In this document: positions 39,132 through 49,038 of the stretch, in pieces
Layout of the letters: the number at the start of each line of letters is the position of its first letter
Position numbering within the stretch: position 1 is the first letter of the stretch
Assembly (NCBI GenBank): GCA_049664225.1
Contig: JBATEX010000075.1
Coordinates: 7,414-71,413, forward strand
Length of the DNA: 64,000 nt
Reading direction: 5' to 3'
DNA from: Thermoanaerobaculia bacterium
GTDB lineage: Bacteria; Acidobacteriota; Thermoanaerobaculia; Multivoradales; JAHEKO01
Notes under the pieces: model-generated
The model's database searches: none
The model's input: only the letters and a program-made list of their open reading frames with translations
Told to the model about the DNA's origin: nothing
Program-made: the position numbers and the translations under genes

Positions 39132-39749
39132 ATGATCAGGGCTACCTGGGCGTTCGCGCTTTCTCTCGTGATGGCGGGCCCGGCCATGACCCAAAACCTC
39201 CTGGTAAACCCGGGCTTCGATGTATCGGATCAGCTCGCCGGTTGGACCTGCACCACGAACAACGGTGTGACCACGTGGAGCCCCGACGATCGTCTGGTTT
39301 CGCCGACCTCCGGCTCGATGCAGAATGACGTCACCGCCACCGACGACAATCGAAATGTCCGTTGCTCTCAATGCGTGCCCGTCAACGAACAGTTCGGCTA
39401 CATCGCGTCGACCTGGTTCTTCTGGCCCGACGATGCCGACGTATCCCAGCAGGGATCGACCAGGATTTCGTTCGTTTTCTACAGCGACGCTGATTGCACC
39501 GTCATCGCAGGTGACGGCGACGTCGAGATCAAAGCCCCGATCCTCGAAACCTGGCTCCACCTCGAGTCCGAAGAAGCGGTGGCACCCATCGGTGCCGTGG
39601 CGGCCAGGGTCTTCGTCTTTACCTGGCAAAACAACGCGAACCAGCCCGTTCGGGCGAGGCTTGATGACCTCGACTTCAGCACGACCACGAGATTCCGTGA
39701 CGGCTTCGAGTCCGGCGACACCTCGGCTTGGTCGAGCTCAGTCCCGTAG
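39132..39749 (+). CDS. secreted hypothetical protein (jelly-roll/CBM-like guess)
   Basis: ORF 38859..39749. The start is ATG 39132, with GAGGTG 5 nt upstream. It has the signal peptide MIRATWAFALSLVMAGPAMT, then QNLLVNPGFD. The C-terminal tail is RDGFESGDTSAWSSSVP. Confidence 0.5.
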   Translation: MIRATWAFALSLVMAGPAMTQNLLVNPGFDVSDQLAGWTCTTNNGVTTWSPDDRLVSPTSGSMQNDVTATDDNRNVRCSQCVPVNEQFGYIASTWFFWPDDADVSQQGSTRISFVFYSDADCTVIAGDGDVEIKAPILETWLHLESEEAVAPIGAVAARVFVFTWQNNANQPVRARLDDLDFSTTTRFRDGFESGDTSAWSSSVP

Positions 39750-39883
39750 TCGACTGTCGATCTCTTGATCCTCGGGCCGGGCCTCGCGCCCGGCCTTTTC
39801 TTGTCCGCTAGCCCCCTGCATGTAGTGCCGTCCACGTGGCAAAGACGTAGGATAGGGACAAGCCAGAACTAGGAAGGCCTCGA

Positions 39884-40054
39884 ATGACGGGTCAGACCCT
39901 GGGGCACTACAAGATCCTTGACAAGCTTGGGGCGGGTGGAATGGGAGAGGTGTACCGGGCCGAGGATACGACCCTGAATCGAGAGGTGGCGCTCAAGATC
40001 CTGCCGGCTCAGGCGGATTCTGCTAGGGGCACCGGGGTCTCCGGTGGCGCGTGA
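39884..40054 (+). pseudogene. Ser/Thr protein kinase N-terminal stub (56 codons)
   Basis: Below the ORF-track size cut-off. [41 protein letters not shown] contains the Gly-loop and the VAIK-like Lys. Homology stops at about 40005, where the IS91 remnant begins. Confidence 0.6.
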
Positions 40055-40695
40055 GCCAGGGGCTCGGGCTCTTGGGCGGGAAGCTCGAGGCTGCGGCGGA
40101 TCGCCTTGGCGGTGGCAAAGTCGACGATGAAGGCGAGGACCTTCATCTCGGCGCCGCAGAACGGGCACAGGAGCGCATCGACCTCGTAGACCCTGTGGAT
40201 CAACTTCGCCCGGCTGAGCCGAGCTCGCCGGGTGGATTCGTCGGTGTCGCCCTGCTGGCGCGGCATGAGAGTGCCGTCTGCAGCCGGCGCGGCCTTGCGG
40301 CGCTTGCCGCGAGCCGCGTTGGCATAAAAGCCCAGTAGCGCACCGTCTGCTGTGGGGGCTCGGGGATGTGGTCGACGACGCGGGCGAGAAACTCGAGGAC
40401 ATCTCAGCGAGCGTGACCGCCGTCGGGTCCGGCACGGCGCGAGGGCCAGCCCCGGTAAACAACCTCCCCAGTATCCTCCTCCCAGGTCAACCGCTTGAGA
40501 ACAACCGGACAGCGGATCATGTACCGGCCGAGGCGCCCCGGCGCCGGCTCGATCCTCGACCCGTACCGCCCCATGGGCTGAAAAGTCGCTGTGGCGCCAG
40601 GACAGGAGGTTGTCGAAGATCGCCTCGGTGATCAGCTCCTTCTCGAGGAGCATTCGTAAGACCTGCGATTCCTTTCCTCTCGTCCCACGGCGCAC
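40009..40695 (-). mobile_element. IS91-family (Y2 rolling-circle) transposase remnant, C-terminal ~220 codons with at least 3 frameshifts
   Basis: Pieces are spread over three frames. They are NLLSWRHSDFSAHGAVRVED, RLGRYMIRCPVVLKRLTWEEDTGEVVY, DVLEFLARVVDHIPEPPQQTVRY, and GFYANAARGKRRK...VYEVDALLCPFCGAEMKVLAFI. Confidence 0.65.
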
Positions 40696-41078
40696 TCGAG
40701 CTCGAGAGGGAGCAGAAGATTCTCGATCACCGTCAAGGTCGGCAGCAGATTGAAGAATTGGAGAATGAAACCGATATGTCGGCGGCGGAGGATCGTCCGC
40801 TGCCGCTCGTCGAGCGCGGTGAGATCGGTTGCCGCGATGACGACGCGACCGGCATCGGGCTGGTCGATCCCCGCCAGGAGGTTGAGCAAAGTCGATTTGC
40901 CGGATCCGCTCTTACCCAGAAGCACGACCAGCTCGCCCCGCTCGACGCGAAGATCGATCCCGTCGAGGTCCACGTGCCGTCGATCGCCTTCGCGGTAGCT
41001 CTTGGTGATCCCGACCAGCTCGATCGATGGAGACGTCGAAGTCTGGTCGCCGGCTGGCTCAGGTTGCTTTTCGTCCAT
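40632..41078 (-). pseudogene. ABC transporter ATPase (LolD/MacB-like), truncated after ~128 codons
   Basis: It has Walker A LLGKSGSGKSTLLNLL and Q-loop FILQFFNLLPTLTV. The signature and Walker B motifs are missing, and the frame continues into IS91-derived sequence at about 40694. Confidence 0.7.
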
Positions 41079-41290
41079 GTGCTGGACGCTCCCGGATGAA
41101 GGTCCGCTCGGTCGATTGACGAACTCGCCGGGCGGTTCACACGAGAATACACGGAGCCCGAGGGGGGGACTCTATAGTAACGACCGGGGCGTCCAGGCCC
41201 CACTGGTGACATGCTCAATCGCCGACGCCTGCGGCCGCGCTCGGACGTCGGCTATAGTCACTGTGCTTGACCGTTGCCGGTCGCAAACGT

Positions 41291-42952
41291 ATGAAGCTAT
41301 TCCGCCGCAGGCTCTCCGAGCTCAACCCCTCGCCAGCGAACCGTCGCTGGCTCTTCATCCCCTACGATCAGTTGAGCGATGAGATCGGACCGCTCGGCAG
41401 CGAATCCCCGGAGTCGCTCGGAATCGTCCTCGTCGAGAGCTCCTGGAAGGCGGCGCACCGCCCCTACCATCGGCAAAAGCTGGCGCTGGTTCTGGCCAAT
41501 CTTCGGCACTTCGCCCTCGAGCAGGCCGAGCGCGGTGTGGCGGTGCGCCATGTCGTGACCAACGCGCCGTACCGCGAAGCGCTGCAACCGATCGCCGCCG
41601 ACCTTGGGACCCTCCGGGTCATGGAGCCGGCCGAGCGGGAGCTGCGTGAGGACCTCGCTCCGCTCGTCTCGAACGGCGCCATCGAGGTCGCGCCGCACGA
41701 GGGGTGGCTCACGAGTCCGGATCAGTTTCTTCGCAGCGCCCGGAAGGGGCCGCCGTGGCGGATGGATTCCTTCTATCGCCTGGTGCGGCGCGAGAGCGGC
41801 ATACTCATGGAGAAGGGCAAGCCAACCGGCGGCAAGTTCAGCTTCGACGCCGAGAACAGAAGGCCGTGGAAGGGGGAGCCGGCGGCGCCCGAGCCACCGT
41901 GTTTCGAGACCGACGAGATCACCCGCGAAGTCGGCGACCTGATCGAGCGGCGCTTCGCCCGCCACCCCGGCCGCCTCGACCTCGAGATGCTGCCGGCGAG
42001 TCGCGACGACGCCGAGCGGCTCTGGTCGTGGGCGCTCGACAACTGTCTCGAGAACTTCGGGCCGTACGAAGATGCGATGTCGACGCGATCGAGGAACCTC
42101 TTCCACACCCGCATGTCGGCTCTCGTCAACCTGCACCGCTTGCTGCCGAGGACGCTGGTCACGGACGTCGTCGACCTTGACGCGCCGCTCGCGAGCCGCG
42201 AGGGCTTCATCCGCCAGGTTCTCGGCTGGCGTGAGTTCATGCGCCACGTGCATCGGGAGACCGACGGCTTTAGGAGGCTCCCGGCGGGCGAACCGCCGAC
42301 CAGAGCCGGATCCGGGGACGGTGGCTGGGAGACGTGGTCGGGGCAAGCCTGGCGGTCGTCGGAGGTTTTCCTCGAGTTTCTCGGTGGCGCTGAGCCGTCG
42401 GCGCTCGAGACCGACTGGCCCCTGCCACCGGCCTTCTGGGGCGCGCGGTCGGGTCTCGCCTGTCTCGACCAGGTCGTTACCGAGGTCTGGGACGACGCCT
42501 ACACACATCACATTCCGCGACTGATGGTTCTCGCCAACATCGGAACGCTCCTGGGGGTCAGTCCGCGGCAGCTGACCGACTGGTTCTGGGTCGCCTTTGC
42601 CGACGCTTACGACTGGGTCGTCGAGCCCAACGTCTTAGGGATGGGGACGTACGCGGTGGGTGGGCTCTTCACCACCAAGCCCTATGTCTCGGGCGCCAAC
42701 TACATCAACCGGATGAGCGACTACTGCGACAGTTGCCGCTTCAATCCGAAGGTCGATTGCCCGATCAACCGTATCTACTGGTCGTTTCTCGAGCGCAACC
42801 GCAGCCATTTCGAGGGCAACCCGAGAATGGGCCTCGTCATGCGCAACCTCGAGCGGCGGCCAGAGAAGCAGAAGAACAAAGACCGGATTGTCTTCGAATC
42901 GATGCGGCGGAGGCTCGCAGGCAGAAAAGAGCTGCGTCCGCCGTCGAGTTGA
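41291..42952 (+). CDS. phrB: FeS-BCP / (6-4) photolyase-like cryptochrome-photolyase family protein
   Basis: The start is ATG 41291. The COG3046-type N-terminus is RRWLFIPYDQLS. The C-terminal SDYCDSCRFNPKVDCPINRIYWSFL fits the Cys ligands of the 4Fe-4S cluster in PhrB/CryB-type enzymes. Confidence 0.75.
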   Translation: MKLFRRRLSELNPSPANRRWLFIPYDQLSDEIGPLGSESPESLGIVLVESSWKAAHRPYHRQKLALVLANLRHFALEQAERGVAVRHVVTNAPYREALQPIAADLGTLRVMEPAERELREDLAPLVSNGAIEVAPHEGWLTSPDQFLRSARKGPPWRMDSFYRLVRRESGILMEKGKPTGGKFSFDAENRRPWKGEPAAPEPPCFETDEITREVGDLIERRFARHPGRLDLEMLPASRDDAERLWSWALDNCLENFGPYEDAMSTRSRNLFHTRMSALVNLHRLLPRTLVTDVVDLDAPLASREGFIRQVLGWREFMRHVHRETDGFRRLPAGEPPTRAGSGDGGWETWSGQAWRSSEVFLEFLGGAEPSALETDWPLPPAFWGARSGLACLDQVVTEVWDDAYTHHIPRLMVLANIGTLLGVSPRQLTDWFWVAFADAYDWVVEPNVLGMGTYAVGGLFTTKPYVSGANYINRMSDYCDSCRFNPKVDCPINRIYWSFLERNRSHFEGNPRMGLVMRNLERRPEKQKNKDRIVFESMRRRLAGRKELRPPSS

Positions 42953-43149
42953 ACAGCGGGACTTCGAGAGGAGGTTCGTTAGGCGCCTTGCCAATGTTCT
43001 GCAGGTCTATTCGGCCTTGAGGGTCTGCGAGCGTCGAAGCGGATTAGAGTTCCGGCCATCGCCGACCCATTTTCCTCGAAGAAGGAACCGACAGGATTGA
43101 CGATCAAGAGATCAAGAAAAAGTTCTGCGGGCCAGCAACCGGTCTGGCC

Positions 43150-43539
43150 CTGGACCATCACGTCATCGCCCTGTCCGACCAACCGCCCTGGCTTGAGCGA
43201 GCACACCGCCAGCGCTGGAGCCCTGGGCATACTGGAACAAGGTCAAACTCGATTATTCGCGTCGGGGCAAACCCGGCGACAATGCCCACATCGAGGCCTT
43301 CAACAGCCTGGTTCGGCGAGAGTGCCTTTCGCAACATTGGTTTACGACTCTCGAGGAGGCGCGTGGCATCCTCGAGACCTGGAAGGAGGAGTACAACAAT
43401 GACCGGCCCCATGGGAGTCATCACTGTTGAGGACCGAAACCAGCCCGAAACTCGCACATCGGGTGGATCAGAAGAGGGGTGAGCTGCCTAGACCGAGAAG
43501 CTCTCACAGAGCTTGGTCCAGCGTCGGGGGCAGCCGCAC
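43150..43539 (+). mobile_element. IS3-family transposase OrfB (rve) C-terminal remnant, frameshifted
   Basis: My translation from 43224 gives WAYWNKVKLDYSRRGKPGDNAHIEAFNSLVRRECLSQHWFTTLEEARGILETWKEEYNNDRPHGS. The tail ...EKLSQSLVQRRG is in another frame. Confidence 0.65.
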
Positions 43540-43661
43540 TATGGACACCACAGACACGGTGACCGGTATTGACCTGGGGGCCATACCTGCGGTTTGATCG
43601 ACCAGATCGAGCGTACTGAGTTGAAGGGGGTCCCGCGCTGAATCGAGGCGTTCTTCTTGCT

Positions 43662-44279
43662 TTGGTCGGAGTGACTTGCGTGTGGCTCTATTCGCTGACG
43701 ACGGGGTGTGGAGGAGGGGGGTCTCCAACGGAATCCGGAACTCCCGCTCAGTGTGGGCCGTACCCGGATCAGCACCAGTCACCGAGGGTGTTGCCGTATC
43801 CGGTTGGGGGACAGCTACGCAGTCGTGCAGGGAAACTGCAACGCACCTGGCCATGCGCCCGGAAGTTCAAACCAATACGCCTATGACTTCGGTATGCGGA
43901 GTGGTTCCGCCGTTGTCGCGGCAGGCGGCGGAGTGGTTTACGCGCTCGAAGAGGGGGAGTCGAACGACAAAGCGGTCAAAGGTTCGTGGAGCGCCGGCAA
44001 TTACGTCACGATTCAACACCCGAATGGCTTCTATTCGGGCTATGCACATCTCGACCAGTGGGGTGTGCTTGTGGAAGTTGGAGACTTCGTCACCCAGGGC
44101 CAGTTGATTGCCAGATCAGGCAACTCGGGCACCTACAATCCCCATCTTCACTTTCAAGTCGGTGCACCATCAGTCAAGTCGGTGCACCATCAGTCTCGAT
44201 AGCGGTGACCTGCCGAAATACCAGGCCCCACCCCAACGGCCTGGTTACGGGCGAGGTCTACACTGGCGACGGCTATTGA
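43662..44279 (+). pseudogene. M23 (LytM-type) metallopeptidase lipoprotein, disrupted twice
   Basis: It has the lipobox LTTGC, then LPYPVG, then (frame change at G-run 43806-43810) DSYAVVQGNCNAPGH...YAYDF...GNYVTIQHPNGFYSGYAHL...NPHLHFQV. A 20-bp tandem duplication at 44155-44194 shifts the tail frame. Confidence 0.7.
44155..44194 (+). repeat. perfect 20-bp tandem duplication (caagtcggtgcaccatcagt x2)
   Basis: Read directly from the sequence. Removing one unit restores HLHFQVGAPSVSIAVTCRNTRPHPNGLVTGEVYTGDGY. Confidence 0.95.
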
Positions 44280-44455
44280 CAAACGCGGTCCGTCGAATCC
44301 CACCCCCTCCGCGATCTCCACCCGCCCACCCGGCAGTGAAGCAGTGAGCAGTGGGGCAGTTCCCATCCTCCCAAGAGGAGCGGATTCGGAACCAGTGAGG
44401 CGACGGCATGCCCAGAGCCTGCCAGATAACGCCGTTCGCTGTCGATTTAGGGGCT

Positions 44456-46333
44456 TCAGTACTGCAACTCGCTTATCGCCCGCCATGCCTCGTCGATGGC
44501 GACGTGGGTCATGGCGAAGGCGCCGGCGTCGGAGTTGGCGAAGGTGATGTTCCCGAACGGCTTCCGCGCGATCTCGTGCGGCGCCTCCCCTGGAGGCCAC
44601 TCGGGATCCCACAGGTCGAGGTAGTCGTAGGAGTAACCGTGCGGCCAGCGATTGACGGTGATGGCGAGGATATCGTCGGCCGCGCTGAAGCCCGCCGGGC
44701 CCAACATGCCGTCCAGCACGGTCCGGACTTCTCTCTCGAAGTCCTCGAAATCCATGGTCAGCATGCGCATCCGCGAGGATCGATGTTGACGGCGGATGTC
44801 CACGCCTCTCTTGGCCGGTGCGACCGAACCCCAGAACTGCATCACCGCTGCGCCGGGATCTTCCCAGTCGTGTCGGTACTCGCCGACTTCAATGCCCTTG
44901 ACGAGCCAGGTCGCGCCATGGAGGCGCCCCGGGCAGTAGGCGCCCGAGATGCCGAGTTTGTCGGCGGCCTTGGTGTCACGGATCAGCACATTGGTCAGCA
45001 GGAGCGGCCGCCTGACCTGATAGGCGAGGGCCTCACGCTGTGCTGCCGGAAGCTGGGGGCACAGGTAAGGGATCATCGAGTGGTAGCAGGCCAGCACACA
45101 GCTGCGCCCTTTCACGTTCGCCGTCTTTCCATCGCGAACGAAGCTCACACGGACGGCGCCGTCATTCTCTTCGACATTGGTGACGGTCGAATTGAGCCGC
45201 AATCGGATCGGGGATTCGGAGCGATCGAGCTGTGAATAGTCGAAAGACGCGGTCACGATGTCGTCCATGCCCTGGCCATCGGCAACCGCTGGGATGAGTG
45301 CACGAACCAGCAATCTGGCAAGGGAGGCGGTCCCGTCGGGAAAGTGGACCACCTCGCCGCCTATGCTGCCCGACGAGTCGGGCTCGCCGCCGAGCAGATG
45401 TGCCATCGGGAGTCCGGCGCCCTCGCACTCGGCGACCGACAGGCTGTCCGCACCAACGCCCCAATAGCCGTGAGTGGCGTTGAAGAAGATCTCGGCCGCT
45501 TCCTCGGTGAGGCCGCCATACTGGCGGCTGAAGTCGATGTAGCTGATCTGCCGGAGGAACTGCCGGCGCTCTTCCGGACTGCGGCCCTCGAGCACGTCAG
45601 TTCTGGCGGAGTAGAACCGCTTCAGGGAGTCGCGTGACTCCTTGCTGAGCGGCACGGCGTCGAGCTTGCCGAGGATGCTCGCGAAGTCTCCCCAACGTGG
45701 AATGAACCCCGGAATTAGTACGTCGCTCCCATAGGTCTCGGCATCGAAATAGATGGCCGGGCCGAGCTTGCCGTCGGTGCCGTAGTTGAAGTCGTTGTGC
45801 TCCAAGAGGCGATCGATATCGACGCCCAACGCGGTCAGGAGGGCATTGGCCTGCTCACCGAACGCCGAGTATTCGAGATTGAAGTCACCGCCCCAAACCA
45901 GGCGCATCGGCCCACCCTGGTGGAACTCATTGCGCGTGGCGTGACCGCCGAACTCGTCGTGGTTCTCCAGGATGAGGATGCGGGAGTCCCCCCCGAACCG
46001 CTGGCGGTAGAAGTAGGCGGCGGCGAGGCCGCTGAGACCCCCGCCGACGACCACCAGGTCGTATTCCTCTCCGAGGTCCTCGCCGGTGTCGAAGTCCTTG
46101 TGTTTGAGAGCCAGGCCATGCGCCACCTCGAACGAGCCGGGGTGTGAACCGCGCAGGCCGGTGAGCGTGGGTGGGTAGTAGCGTGCCGCCGTTTCGGCGT
46201 CTGCGGGTGAAGGTTGCCCTCCAGCCGCTGCTGAAGGGAGGCCGAGACTCAGTGCCGCAAGCCCTGTGCCGTGAATGAAGTCTCGGCGGGTGATGTCGCG
46301 GCTCATACCCAACTGGCGATCGGACTTGCTCAT
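44456..46333 (-). CDS. Tat-exported FAD/NAD(P)-binding amine-oxidase-type oxidoreductase (spermidine-dehydrogenase-like)
   Basis: 625 aa. It has the twin-arginine signal ITRRDFIHGTGLAALSLG and the dinucleotide fold YDLVVVGGGLSGLAAAYFY. Confidence 0.7.
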   Translation of the reverse strand: MSKSDRQLGMSRDITRRDFIHGTGLAALSLGLPSAAAGGQPSPADAETAARYYPPTLTGLRGSHPGSFEVAHGLALKHKDFDTGEDLGEEYDLVVVGGGLSGLAAAYFYRQRFGGDSRILILENHDEFGGHATRNEFHQGGPMRLVWGGDFNLEYSAFGEQANALLTALGVDIDRLLEHNDFNYGTDGKLGPAIYFDAETYGSDVLIPGFIPRWGDFASILGKLDAVPLSKESRDSLKRFYSARTDVLEGRSPEERRQFLRQISYIDFSRQYGGLTEEAAEIFFNATHGYWGVGADSLSVAECEGAGLPMAHLLGGEPDSSGSIGGEVVHFPDGTASLARLLVRALIPAVADGQGMDDIVTASFDYSQLDRSESPIRLRLNSTVTNVEENDGAVRVSFVRDGKTANVKGRSCVLACYHSMIPYLCPQLPAAQREALAYQVRRPLLLTNVLIRDTKAADKLGISGAYCPGRLHGATWLVKGIEVGEYRHDWEDPGAAVMQFWGSVAPAKRGVDIRRQHRSSRMRMLTMDFEDFEREVRTVLDGMLGPAGFSAADDILAITVNRWPHGYSYDYLDLWDPEWPPGEAPHEIARKPFGNITFANSDAGAFAMTHVAIDEAWRAISELQY

Positions 46334-46385
46334 GGGCGCCTATTGAAGCTCTGGCGTTGGCGTGATTCTAACCTGATAGCGGATC

Positions 46386-46430
46386 GAGAATCTCTCACAG
46401 ACCTTGGTCCAGCGTCGGGAGCAGGCGCAC
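46386..46430 (+). mobile_element. second copy of the IS3-family OrfB 3' tail (45 nt only)
   Basis: 41 of 45 nt are identical to 43495-43539 (gagaaKctctcacagaSCttggtccagcgtcggg...). Confidence 0.55.
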
Positions 46431-46532
46431 CAGCTTGGCTGGTACGAAGTGGCGGGCGATTCGCAGGCATAGGGGTGCCGCAAAACAGACGGCTGGGGGC
46501 TGAATGGGAGCGCGCTTTTCAGGGCGGCGACC

Positions 46533-46811
46533 TCAATGCACATCGACCCCACGCCAGAAGGCAACGTGGTCCTTGATCTCAGCGGCCGGTTCCTTGGGAT
46601 CCGGGTAGTACCATGCGGCATCCCGATTCTCTTCGCTACCGACCGAGATGCAGTAGTAGTGGGCGGTGCCTTTCCATGGGCAGACGGTCGTCGTCTGGCT
46701 GGATTTGAGGTATTCCCTATCGACGGAGTCGGGCGGAAAGTAGTGATTGCCCTCCACAACAACCGTGTTCTCGCTCTCGGCGATGATCTCACTCTTCCAA
46801 ATGGCTCTCAT
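46533..46811 (-). CDS. DUF427-domain protein
   Basis: It shows MRAIWKSEIIAESENTVVVEGNHYFPPDSV...CPWKGTAHYY...AAWYYPDPK. Confidence 0.75.
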   Translation of the reverse strand: MRAIWKSEIIAESENTVVVEGNHYFPPDSVDREYLKSSQTTTVCPWKGTAHYYCISVGSEENRDAAWYYPDPKEPAAEIKDHVAFWRGVDVH

Positions 46812-46880
46812 TTCGTGGCCTCTCATGGCTAGCGACCCTGAGTAAAGCCGCGCCCTCGTTTACCCGCGCCCGATGCAATG

Positions 46881-47291
46881 TCATCGTTGTCTGCTTGACA
46901 CCCTCCGACGAACCGGTGGCGGCACCCGGAGACTTGAAGATTCGAAGGGCTGATCATGTCTTCCCAGGCACCAGTGTACTGCTTTCCTGAGAACTGATTC
47001 GCCTAGGTCGAGCCGAAGATCAGCTGGAGGAAGAGAGGTCTCAGGGCCTTCCGCGGCAAGTAAGGCTCGACGAGAACAGCTACTGACGAGGGATCGCGGG
47101 GTGCGGAGTCGTGTGCGCGCACCAGAACGCGTCCGCAACGCGAGTTGTCGGTTGAGCGCCCGATTCTCGGCGATGAGGTGCGCTCGGTCGCGATGAATGT
47201 AGTCGAGGACTACCCCGGATGAGTCTCGGCAGGGCCGCTCAGCTCCTCGGTCGCAGGGGAAGTCGAGGATTCCGGCCGACGTCCGCTCCAA
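46881..47291 (-). mobile_element. possible degenerate transposase N-terminal remnant
   Basis: RAHLIAENRALNRQLALRTRSGARTRLR...GPET resembles the LxxENxALRxQLxVLxR...PET leader of some rve-type transposases. It is heavily decayed and this is a weak call. Confidence 0.3.
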
Positions 47292-47525
47292 TCGAAGTGG
47301 AAGGAGCCAGGTCCTGTAGAATCAAAGCGGAGCGAGCTTTCGGGAGCGACAGGTGGGCGGTGGTAGTAGCTGCTGAGCGCTAGGCGGAAGCTTCTCGTTG
47401 GGCACCTCCGCAGCACGCCTGAAGTGGAAGAAGGCCCTTTCTCACTTCGACCGTCAGTCTCCCGGCTGCTAGTCCAGGATGCAGCCTAAGACATCATCGA
47501 TCGAACTGCGGAGAGGTCGAGAGCC

Positions 47526-49037
47526 ATGAATCGAATTCTGGTGTTCCTGATAGCCTCCTCTATCCTACTTCCCGCCTCTGGTGCAGCCGAAGCCCAGCCG
47601 GTCAGCGAGGCTACCGAGTCTTGCCTGATGTGCCACGAGATCCTCCATCCCGGGATCGTGAGCGGCTGGAGGGCGAGCCGACATTCGAGGATCACCCCGG
47701 GTGAGGCCCGAAAGGTCGAGGGACTTGCCCTCAAAGTATCCAGCGAGCAGGTCCCGGCGGAACTGGAGGCTGTGGTCGTTGGCTGTGCCGAGTGCCATCT
47801 TTTGCGGCCCGAAGCTCATGCCGATACCTTCGACCACAACGAGTATCAGGTGCACATCGTGGTCAGCCCAGCGGACTGCGCGGTATGTCATACCGTCGAG
47901 GCTTCGCAGTACTCCCGGAACATCATGGCTCACGCGCACGGGAATCTGCAGGAGAACGCGCTCTACCAGGACCTGAGCCGTCAAATCATCGGAGAGGTCA
48001 CGTGGACAGGCGGCAGCCTGCATTTTCGAGACGCCGACCCAGAGATCAAAGCCCAGGGCTGCCTGTACTGTCACGGCACCCGCCTGCAGGTCACCGGGGT
48101 CGAAACACGGGAGACCGATCTCGGGGAGATGAGCTTCCCGATCTTGGACGGATGGCCAAACCAGGGAGTCGGCCGGATCAACCTCGACGGCAGTCTCGGT
48201 TCGTGCTCGGCTTGCCACGCTCGACACACCTTTTCGATCGAGACTGCTCGAAAGCCCTACACCTGCAAGGAGTGTCACGTCGGTCCCGACGTTCCGGTCT
48301 ACAAGGTGTACTCGGCGAGCAAGCACGGGAACATCTTCCACTCCAAGGAAAAAGATTGGGACTTCAACGCGGTCCCCTGGAAGGTCGGCGAGGACTTTCG
48401 CGCACCCACCTGCGCCACTTGCCACGTCAGCCTGCTCGTGGGCACGGACGGGGAGATGGTGGTCGAGCGCTCGCATCAGATGAACAACCGGATCGCATCG
48501 AGGATCTTCGGGCTCATCTACTCGCACGCTCATCCGAAAGACCCGGACACCACGGGCATTCGAAACAAGGACGGGCTCCCGTTGCCGACTGCGTTCGACG
48601 GCACGCCGGCCTCCGGTTTCCTGATCGATGCTGGAGAGCAGTCGAAACGGCGAAAGGAAATGCAGGCGGTCTGCCTGTCCTGCCATGGTACCTCCTGGGT
48701 ACGCGGGCACTTCGCCCGCTACGACAAGTCCCACGAGTCCACCAACGCCGCCACTCTGGAGGGGAGCCGGCTGTTGCAGGAGATTTGGAGCCGAGGGTAC
48801 GCCCAGGGGCCGGAGGCGGGGGGCAGCCCCTTCGACGAGGCGATCGAGAGGAGATGGGCCGATATCTGGCTGCTCTACGCCAACTCGATCCGTTTCGCCT
48901 CGGCGATGGCGGGAGGTGGTGACTACGCCGTGTTCGCGGACGGCTACTACAGCCATTCGAAGCGGCTCTCCGAGCTTCAGGAATGGCTTGTCGAACAGGA
49001 CGCCAAGGGCGGAGCCCCGGAGCAACAAGGGGAATGA
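47526..49037 (+). CDS. octahaem c-type cytochrome, hydroxylamine-oxidoreductase (HAO)-family-like
   Basis: 503 aa with a signal peptide. It has eight CxxCH motifs (CLMCH, CAECH, CAVCH, CLYCH, CSACH, CKECH, CATCH, CLSCH). The first is followed by W..S.H, as in HAO-type proteins. There is no CxxCK. Confidence 0.8.
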   Translation: MNRILVFLIASSILLPASGAAEAQPVSEATESCLMCHEILHPGIVSGWRASRHSRITPGEARKVEGLALKVSSEQVPAELEAVVVGCAECHLLRPEAHADTFDHNEYQVHIVVSPADCAVCHTVEASQYSRNIMAHAHGNLQENALYQDLSRQIIGEVTWTGGSLHFRDADPEIKAQGCLYCHGTRLQVTGVETRETDLGEMSFPILDGWPNQGVGRINLDGSLGSCSACHARHTFSIETARKPYTCKECHVGPDVPVYKVYSASKHGNIFHSKEKDWDFNAVPWKVGEDFRAPTCATCHVSLLVGTDGEMVVERSHQMNNRIASRIFGLIYSHAHPKDPDTTGIRNKDGLPLPTAFDGTPASGFLIDAGEQSKRRKEMQAVCLSCHGTSWVRGHFARYDKSHESTNAATLEGSRLLQEIWSRGYAQGPEAGGSPFDEAIERRWADIWLLYANSIRFASAMAGGGDYAVFADGYYSHSKRLSELQEWLVEQDAKGGAPEQQGE

Positions 49038-49038
49038 G

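Noticed and set aside
39869-40695. 197-aa and 228-aa minus-strand ORFs as intact genes
   Set aside because: Their translations are concatenations of out-of-frame IS91-transposase pieces and junk. I annotated the region as a frameshifted remnant instead.
41297-42511. 404-aa minus-strand ORF opposite the (6-4) photolyase-like gene
   Set aside because: It is a shadow ORF, and the plus-strand product has family motifs throughout.
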